NCBI GenBank assembly: GCA_000993595.1
Contig: LBWJ01000009.1
Coordinates: forward strand, 5,935 to 69,934
Origin: Candidatus Peregrinibacteria bacterium GW2011_GWC2_39_14
Lineage (GTDB): Bacteria; Patescibacteriota; Gracilibacteria; UBA1369; UBA12463
Length of the DNA: 64,000 nucleotides
Reading direction: 5' to 3'
Under the pieces are notes generated by a model. It ran no database searches. It was given only the letters and a program-made list of their open reading frames with translations, and was not told the DNA's origin. The position numbers and the translations under genes were made by a program. How positions within the stretch are numbered: the first letter of the stretch is position 1; the number at the start of each line of letters is the position of its first letter. Of the stretch, positions 57,889 through 64,000 are shown piece by piece.

Positions 57889-59307
57889 TTAAATCTCCAC
57901 CTCTTCGGCAAACTTTGGAACGTATGCGTCGTAGCCGAGCTCCTTGAGGTGCGCGGCGAAAGTTAAAGATTGTTGTTCTTCACCGTGTACAACAAAAATC
58001 TTTTTGAGACCTTTAACGTTTGAAATAAAATCAATCAAATCGCTACGATCGGCATGACCGGAAAATGCGTCCATCTTCACGATATTTGCATTAACTTTAT
58101 ATTGCTTGCCGAAAATATTGATGACTTTTAAGCCTTCAACAAGCTTGCGACCGAGCGTGCGATCAGCCTGATATCCAACAAATAAAACAGTTGCCTTTGG
58201 ATCCTCAATATTGTTTTTGAGATGATGGACAATGCGACCGTGCTCAGCCATTCCCGAAGCGGAAATGATTATGCATGGACCCTTGTATGAATTGAGCTTT
58301 TTTGAATCTTCGGGATCGGAAATATATTTAAGCGTACCAAATCCAAATGGATTCTCTTTGCCGTGAATAAGTTTGCGCGTTGCTTCATCAAAACATTCGG
58401 GATGCGCTTTGAATACATCTGAAAGCTTGACTGAAAGCGGGCTATCCACGAAAATTGGAATCTGTGGAATTGCCTTATTTTTGCTTAATTCATTGAAGTA
58501 ATAAATAAGCTCTTGCGTGCGTTCCAGCGCGAATGCGGGAATCAAAATCTTGCCGCCTTTTTGTGCGGTTTTGTTTACAATGTCCGCAAGTTGAGCCTGC
58601 ACGTCTTCGATTGGCTCGTGAAATCTATCACCATATGTGCTCTCAATAATCAAATAATCCGTTTGTGGAAGATATTGCGGATCTTTGAGAATTGGAAGGC
58701 TTCTGCGACCAATATCACCTGTATATGCCATTGTAAATCTTTGATTTTTTTCTTTATCATAAACAACAAAATGCGTGATTGCCGAGCCAAGAATGTGACC
58801 TGCGTCATAAAAACATGCCGCAAGACCGTCTTCAACCGGGAATGCTTTTTCATATTCCACTCCGATAAATTGAGTCATTGCTTCTTTTACGTCTTCGACT
58901 GTATAAAGAGGCTCTAATGGAGCTTGATTTGGAGTTAAATTTAGCTTGTTTGGCCTGTTTGGTTTCTCGTGTTTTTTGATATATTCCATGTCACGAGCTT
59001 GAATCATTGCCGAATCCATAAGCATATATGAGGCAAGATCTTTTGTAGCGAGAGTTGAATAAATTTTTCCTTTAAAACCTTTGTGCGAAAGTGCGGGAAT
59101 ATTGCCGCAATGGTCAATATGCGCATGAGAAAGGATCATTGAGTCGATTGAGCGCGGATCAAATGGATATGCATTGTTTTTCGCAAAGGATTCCTTGCGT
59201 GGACCCTGATACATGCCGCAATCAAGCAAAATACGCTTATCGTTGAGCATAAGCAGGTGTTTTGAGCCTGTGACTTCGCGAGCTGCCCCGCAAAAACGGA
59301 TTTTCAT
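57889..59307 (-). CDS. MBL-fold beta-CASP ribonuclease
   Basis: GAAREVTGS, SHAHIDH, AGHILGS, ESTYG, FSGHAD, VHGE. Confidence 0.93.
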   Translation of the reverse strand: MKIRFCGAAREVTGSKHLLMLNDKRILLDCGMYQGPRKESFAKNNAYPFDPRSIDSMILSHAHIDHCGNIPALSHKGFKGKIYSTLATKDLASYMLMDSAMIQARDMEYIKKHEKPNRPNKLNLTPNQAPLEPLYTVEDVKEAMTQFIGVEYEKAFPVEDGLAACFYDAGHILGSAITHFVVYDKEKNQRFTMAYTGDIGRRSLPILKDPQYLPQTDYLIIESTYGDRFHEPIEDVQAQLADIVNKTAQKGGKILIPAFALERTQELIYYFNELSKNKAIPQIPIFVDSPLSVKLSDVFKAHPECFDEATRKLIHGKENPFGFGTLKYISDPEDSKKLNSYKGPCIIISASGMAEHGRIVHHLKNNIEDPKATVLFVGYQADRTLGRKLVEGLKVINIFGKQYKVNANIVKMDAFSGHADRSDLIDFISNVKGLKKIFVVHGEEQQSLTFAAHLKELGYDAYVPKFAEEVEI

Positions 59308-59416
59308 TTGTTTTTGTTTAATTTATATCATTATATCATGGAAATCGAGATTTAGCAAATGGGGACGTTTCCTTAGTTTGGCTTTTACATGTGGAACGGG
59401 GACAGAGGTGATAACA

Positions 59417-59451
59417 TTGACTTTGTGGTAAAAGTATACTACAATTGTAGT
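59417..59451 (+). promoter_or_regulatory. Promoter with 14-bp perfect palindrome over the -10 box
   Basis: TTGACT(59417-22)-17-TACAAT(59440-45); ACTACAATTGTAGT at 59438-51. Confidence 0.72.
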
Positions 59452-59470
59452 GATAAATAACTACATAATT

Positions 59471-60010
59471 ATGCTCCCTAAATCAAAACTCACTCAAAGC
59501 CTATTTACGTACTTTTTTTTAAATCCTGAAAAAGAGCTTTATCTGAGAGAATTGGCCAGAACACTCTCTTGCGATGCCGCAAATCTGGATAAAACCCTTA
59601 AAAAACTTGAAAAAGAAGGTTTATTTAAAAGCGAATTTCACGGAAAACAAAAATATTATTTTTTGAATACATCCTTCCCTCTTTATGATGAGTATAAAAA
59701 AATCATTGAAAAGTCATTTGGAGTTCAGAAATTTTTTAGAAATATTTTAGAAGGATTTAATGATATTAGTGTAATCTATATCTACGGATCTTATGCGAAA
59801 AATGAAATGTCTGCAAATAGCGATATAGATGTGCTCGTTATAGGCAGGCCTGATGTGTTAAAGCTTTCTCGTGAAGTATCGGAATTTGAAAATTTGTTTA
59901 ATAGAGAACTAAATTACACGATTATTGATGAGAGTGAATTGGCAAAAAAAAGACAGAACGATCCATTTTTAAAAAATATATTTAAAGGCAAAATTATAAA
60001 AATTACATGA
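59471..60010 (+). CDS. wHTH + minimal nucleotidyltransferase (MNT)
   Basis: YLRELAR HTH; IYGSYAK...SDIDVLVI. Confidence 0.88.
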   Translation: MLPKSKLTQSLFTYFFLNPEKELYLRELARTLSCDAANLDKTLKKLEKEGLFKSEFHGKQKYYFLNTSFPLYDEYKKIIEKSFGVQKFFRNILEGFNDISVIYIYGSYAKNEMSANSDIDVLVIGRPDVLKLSREVSEFENLFNRELNYTIIDESELAKKRQNDPFLKNIFKGKIIKIT

Positions 60011-60423
60011 AATTTGAAGAGAAGCATTTTAAAAGATTTGATTTCACAAACAAAGAAATTCGATTGTTTCTTGAAAACAGCAGGCGCGATTTGGACATAG
60101 CAAAAAATAATAAAACGCCTGAAGTTATTTTTAGATTCGGGTATGATTCAATCCTGAAATCCTGCATAGCTTTAATTGCTTTCTGTGGATTTAAAGCCAA
60201 AAGCGTACCTGGTCACCATATCATTATAATCAGCAAAGCTTCTGAAATTTTAAATCATGAATATGCGGAAATTTTTTATTTTTGCAATAATATAAGAAGA
60301 AAAAGAAATTTTGATTTGTATGCCGGTGGATCATTTTTTTCTGTACAAGAAGCCAAAAATTTGATAGAAATATCTGAGAAAATTTATACTATTGTAAAAA
60401 ATTATGTTCAAAAGGGGCGATAA
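60007..60423 (+). CDS. HEPN domain protein, partner of MNT
   Basis: DLDIA, GHH, RRKRNFDLY; ATGA overlap with MNT. Confidence 0.8.
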   Translation: MKFEEKHFKRFDFTNKEIRLFLENSRRDLDIAKNNKTPEVIFRFGYDSILKSCIALIAFCGFKAKSVPGHHIIIISKASEILNHEYAEIFYFCNNIRRKRNFDLYAGGSFFSVQEAKNLIEISEKIYTIVKNYVQKGR

Positions 60424-61819
60424 AACAATTTTAAAAATCGAAAATCTGGCGTTTGGCGGGCAAGGGATTGGGCGCGTTGCTGTTGATGATGATAAAGCTG
60501 AAATTAAAGGCAAAAAGCTCGCAGTTTTTGTCGAGAATGTGATTCCGGGCGATGAAGTTGAGGTGAGTTTTTTTCATATTAAAAAGAATTTTGCAGAAGC
60601 GAATGTTGTGCGAATGATTAAGCCGTCGGAACTCCGTATTGCGCCGCGGTGTCGTCATTTTGGAACTTGCGGAGGATGCGTTTGGCAAAATCTTAATTAC
60701 GAAAAACAGCTTGAATATAAGGAAAATCAGGTTCGTGAAAGCCTTGAAAGAATTGGAAAATTTGAAAATCCACCTGTTAAGAAAATTATCGGATGTAAAT
60801 CACCTTGGGAATATCGAAATAAAATGGAATTCAGCTTTGATGGATCCGGTGCGAACTTGCAGCTTGGGCTGCATTTGGCACGAATGCATCACGATGTTGT
60901 CGACATTCAAGAATGCTTTTTGGTATCCGGAATTTGCGTAGAAATAACAAAATTTGTGCGTGATTTTTTGAAAAAATCCGGTGGCAACGGTGGCAATGGT
61001 GGCAACGGCAGCAATGCCGAGACCGCTCTCGATTTGCGAAATTTCATTATACGTGAGGCAAAAACAACGGGTGAAATTATGGCGAATCTGGTGACGGGGA
61101 CGGAATTCGAAAATGTTCTGGTGGAAAAAATGGGGGCGGAAATTAACGAAAAATTCCCAAGCAAAATCACATCTTTTTATCACACAAAAATTTCTGATAA
61201 AAGAGGTGAAAGAAAAAGCATTAAAGAAGAACTTGTTTTTGGCGCACCCGTTATCCGTGAAGAGCTTTTAATTCACAATGAAAAAATCAAATTCGATATA
61301 ACTCCAAGCGCTTTTTTTCAACCAAATACTTTTCAAGCGCAGGTTTTATATGAAACCGTTTTCTCCCTTGCTGATGCCAAAAAATCTGATTCAATTTTTG
61401 ATTTATTTTGCGGAACCGGAACGATTGGAATTTGTTTTGCAAAATTTTCCTCCCACATTTTTGGCGTTGAAATAAATGCCAGCGCAATTGAAATCGCAAA
61501 GAAAAACGCCGAATTAAACAACCTGAAAAATATTGAATTTTTGTGCGGCGACGCAGAAAGAACCCTTAAGAACCTTCCTCAAAATCCGGACATAATCATC
61601 GTTGATCCGCCACGCGCCTGCCTTGGGGAAAAACTCTCGCTAAAACTTGCCGGATTTAAAGCCCGCAAAATCATTTTTGTTTCGTGCAATCCAACCACTT
61701 TTGCAAGAGATGCGCGCATTTTAGTCGATAACGGCTACGCTCTTCGTGAAGTCCAGCCCGTCGACATGTTTCCGCATACGTATCACATCGAAACTGTGGC
61801 AGTTTTTGAGAAAAATTGA
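60404..61819 (+). CDS. rlmD: 23S rRNA (uracil-C5)-methyltransferase
   Basis: TRAM domain, CRHFGTCGGC, YRNK, FFQPN, DLFCGTG, VDPPR, SCNP, DMFPHTYHIE. Confidence 0.93.
   Translation: MFKRGDKTILKIENLAFGGQGIGRVAVDDDKAEIKGKKLAVFVENVIPGDEVEVSFFHIKKNFAEANVVRMIKPSELRIAPRCRHFGTCGGCVWQNLNYEKQLEYKENQVRESLERIGKFENPPVKKIIGCKSPWEYRNKMEFSFDGSGANLQLGLHLARMHHDVVDIQECFLVSGICVEITKFVRDFLKKSGGNGGNGGNGSNAETALDLRNFIIREAKTTGEIMANLVTGTEFENVLVEKMGAEINEKFPSKITSFYHTKISDKRGERKSIKEELVFGAPVIREELLIHNEKIKFDITPSAFFQPNTFQAQVLYETVFSLADAKKSDSIFDLFCGTGTIGICFAKFSSHIFGVEINASAIEIAKKNAELNNLKNIEFLCGDAERTLKNLPQNPDIIIVDPPRACLGEKLSLKLAGFKARKIIFVSCNPTTFARDARILVDNGYALREVQPVDMFPHTYHIETVAVFEKN
60980..61015 (+). repeat. 9-bp in-frame tandem repeat in rlmD
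   Basis: GGTGGCAAC GGTGGCAAT GGTGGCAAC GGCAGCAAT (GGN-GGN-GGN-GSN). Confidence 0.85.
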
Positions 61820-61834
61820 TTTTTGCGTTCGCTT

Positions 61835-64000
61835 TTAATATAAACAAACTCCGTTCGCATCAAACGCGCTGCAATTAAAACTATAAACAGCGCCTGGTAT
61901 ATTTTCATCTTTAAGCTCTATGGTCGAAGGAGTTGTGTGAACATAATCTTTTACAGCGACTCCGTGTGTATCTTTTGCTTCAATGTTTTTAAGGTTAAAC
62001 CAAACAACCGGCACTGATACGGTAGGAGGTAAAACGTTTAAATTCAAACAATAAGCATCTCCGTTGTTTACACGCTTAGGATTAGTTAATGTGAAAGTTA
62101 CATCGTGAGGCGTCCATTTAACGATCCCGTCAATTCCTGGTATCGCATTGTTATAATAAATTTTTGTGAATCCTGCATCCAAAATAATATCTTTAAAAGG
62201 AGAATTTTCTTCTTCCCAATGGCTATAAGTAAAAGAGTACAGGTCTGACTGTCCACGAGCCGTGAAGCAAGATGCATTAACGGTGAATTCTCCATTATTA
62301 CCTTGTCTTGATAAGTCTATGTCTTGCCTTGGATAGCCGCTGTAGCCAGGATATACAAAGAGAGAATTATCTCCGAATTCAGTTTTGGCAGATGCAATTG
62401 GCAAAGAATTAACCGGATGTATTGTTGTTGGGACCACATCTCCTGCATGTACATAATAACCATCAGCTTTATATTTAGCGGGGATTGCTTCAACTAAAAA
62501 TTTTATATATTTTGGCGACAAAAGAGAATCACCAGGAACACTTGTTGGAATTATATATGCATTAACGCTTCCGAAACCGCCCACTTCCACTTTATCTATC
62601 GTTATAATACTACCTGGCAATACCGTCATATCACTATTTACTTCGTAAGATGCGTTTGGATCTATTAAATTTCCACGCATTACTCTAATGTGCACTCCCA
62701 TACTTTGAGTGAAATTTCCAAGAACTTTTATTTTTATTGGCCCTACTTCCATATCCGGAGTTGGCGCTGTCCCACTTAAGTTAAGCTGGAAAATTGAGTT
62801 AGCCTCCGGCCCTATAGAATATTTATCAAACCAGTTTGCCCATGAATAAAATTCATACGGATAATACGTTACATCCAAGGTTGAATCGCCTACATCCGGG
62901 ATAACCACATTTATTTCACCGGTTGGATATTTTACAAAAGGCACCGCAGAGCATGAGTTCGTTGCAATATCCGCATGCCAACAAGGATATGAAAGGACTT
63001 GCTCTGCGGTTGTATTAAAGCCCTTATATACTGTTTGAAGTTTTCCGACTGTCCCGGGAAGTTTTTCCGCCATGAAATGCATATTAATATTCGCACCAGG
63101 ATAAAAAGATAAATTTACAGGAATCGTATTCAATCCTTTATGCAAAGTTGCCGGAACTTCTAAGTTTTTTGACCTTATATTATCTGAAAGACTATATTCA
63201 CTATTAATATAAAAATTCCCTTTAATAACCGTGTTATCGTCATACGTAGACTCTAGCTCCACTGTCATGCTGCTCATTTCAGCGTAAGAATCTCCGTAAG
63301 TTCTTACCATTGTAGAGCCAAAATAAACCCATTCGCTATTAATAGGTGGGAATGATGGCGACGGAGGATCTTCGTTGTATTTAATAAATCCAACTTGGTT
63401 TTTATAATCAAATAAATCTATAACTCCATGAGCCGCAGAATCGTTGCCAACCTTCATAAGATAAGGCATATCTGAGGTCCAAATTTTAGCCGTAATAATA
63501 TCTCCGGGAATTTGATTTCGAAGCCCTGTTAAACTGAATTGGTTATATCCAACCGCAGGGGTTTGATTGATTTTTTGATATGCGATACCAAAAACCGTAC
63601 ATTGCTGAGGACCGTTTGGGTCAAGCTTTATTGGAACCGGCAACGTAACATTCCCATTCCAAGACCCCCATGACTCCATTGAACTTGGCCAAAACTGATT
63701 TCCTTTATATGAATTTGTAGCTGCATCCCATGTCAAATAATATCCCTGAAAAGCCGTTGGAATCCCAGGCTCTCCTCTTGATTCAAAAGATGCCGAGTTA
63801 ATCGTCATAGCTTGATTACCCACAACACAAGCCCCAAATAACGTTCCAAACTTTGGCGTATTAACGCTTATATTTGCGGTGTTCATTTTTGCGTATTCAG
63901 CCGGATATTTGAACGCTAAAATGAAGTTTTGAGGAATAGGAAGAGCGTCACCGTAAATATTCCATGGCAAAGTATCTGTATATTCTTTTATTTTTTTGCT
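61835..64000 (-). CDS. Large beta-rich putative surface protein, 5' end outside window
   Basis: Frame is open to the window edge (SKKNKEYTDT upstream of TTG 63970); rich in P/T/N/G/Y. Confidence 0.7.
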   Translation of the reverse strand, partial: SKKIKEYTDTLPWNIYGDALPIPQNFILAFKYPAEYAKMNTANISVNTPKFGTLFGACVVGNQAMTINSASFESRGEPGIPTAFQGYYLTWDAATNSYKGNQFWPSSMESWGSWNGNVTLPVPIKLDPNGPQQCTVFGIAYQKINQTPAVGYNQFSLTGLRNQIPGDIITAKIWTSDMPYLMKVGNDSAAHGVIDLFDYKNQVGFIKYNEDPPSPSFPPINSEWVYFGSTMVRTYGDSYAEMSSMTVELESTYDDNTVIKGNFYINSEYSLSDNIRSKNLEVPATLHKGLNTIPVNLSFYPGANINMHFMAEKLPGTVGKLQTVYKGFNTTAEQVLSYPCWHADIATNSCSAVPFVKYPTGEINVVIPDVGDSTLDVTYYPYEFYSWANWFDKYSIGPEANSIFQLNLSGTAPTPDMEVGPIKIKVLGNFTQSMGVHIRVMRGNLIDPNASYEVNSDMTVLPGSIITIDKVEVGGFGSVNAYIIPTSVPGDSLLSPKYIKFLVEAIPAKYKADGYYVHAGDVVPTTIHPVNSLPIASAKTEFGDNSLFVYPGYSGYPRQDIDLSRQGNNGEFTVNASCFTARGQSDLYSFTYSHWEEENSPFKDIILDAGFTKIYYNNAIPGIDGIVKWTPHDVTFTLTNPKRVNNGDAYCLNLNVLPPTVSVPVVWFNLKNIEAKDTHGVAVKDYVHTTPSTIELKDENIPGAVYSFNCSAFDANGVCLY

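Overview
This AT-rich bacterial window uses the standard code (TGA is a stop). Its gene content (orphan giant proteins, minor pilins, few biosynthetic genes, many apparently leaderless genes) suggests a Patescibacteria/CPR-type genome; this is inference. From left to right: (1) 1-8 kb: rnhA, an unannotated 28-aa Lys-rich peptide, a TrpR-like regulator with an operator, radical SAM/SPASM, a methyltransferase-like protein, argH, a deaminase-like amidohydrolase, a DMT transporter and dus. (2) Two tandem, highly divergent sigma-70-like genes. (3) An approximately 19-kb co-oriented defence/TA island ending at tRNA-Gly(CCC). It holds an NYN RNase with a terminated leader RNA, two HTH-Panacea TA pairs, RhuM, a GNAT TA pair, a PD-(D/E)XK nuclease, an AAA ATPase, and a type I R-M operon with KilA-N, HEPN-like and fused ABC-ATPase/TOPRIM (PARIS-like) genes embedded. 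Duplicated gene relics point to repeated cargo accretion. (4) An NRAMP/MgtE-N pair, a TSP3/MYXO-CTERM-like surface protein, minor pilins with a frameshifting G10 tract, CapA, DUF3160, a DEAD-box helicase and a Gmad2/GerMN protein. (5) A 2.1-kb radical SAM + Fic cassette bounded by 94-bp palindromic direct repeats next to tRNA-Gly(TCC). (6) Two divergently transcribed giant proteins that appear to share a C-terminal amidoligase-like domain. (7) A beta-CASP nuclease, an MNT-HEPN pair, rlmD and a truncated surface protein. No CRISPR array, integrase or transposase was found. All calls come from reading motifs by eye; no searches were run.
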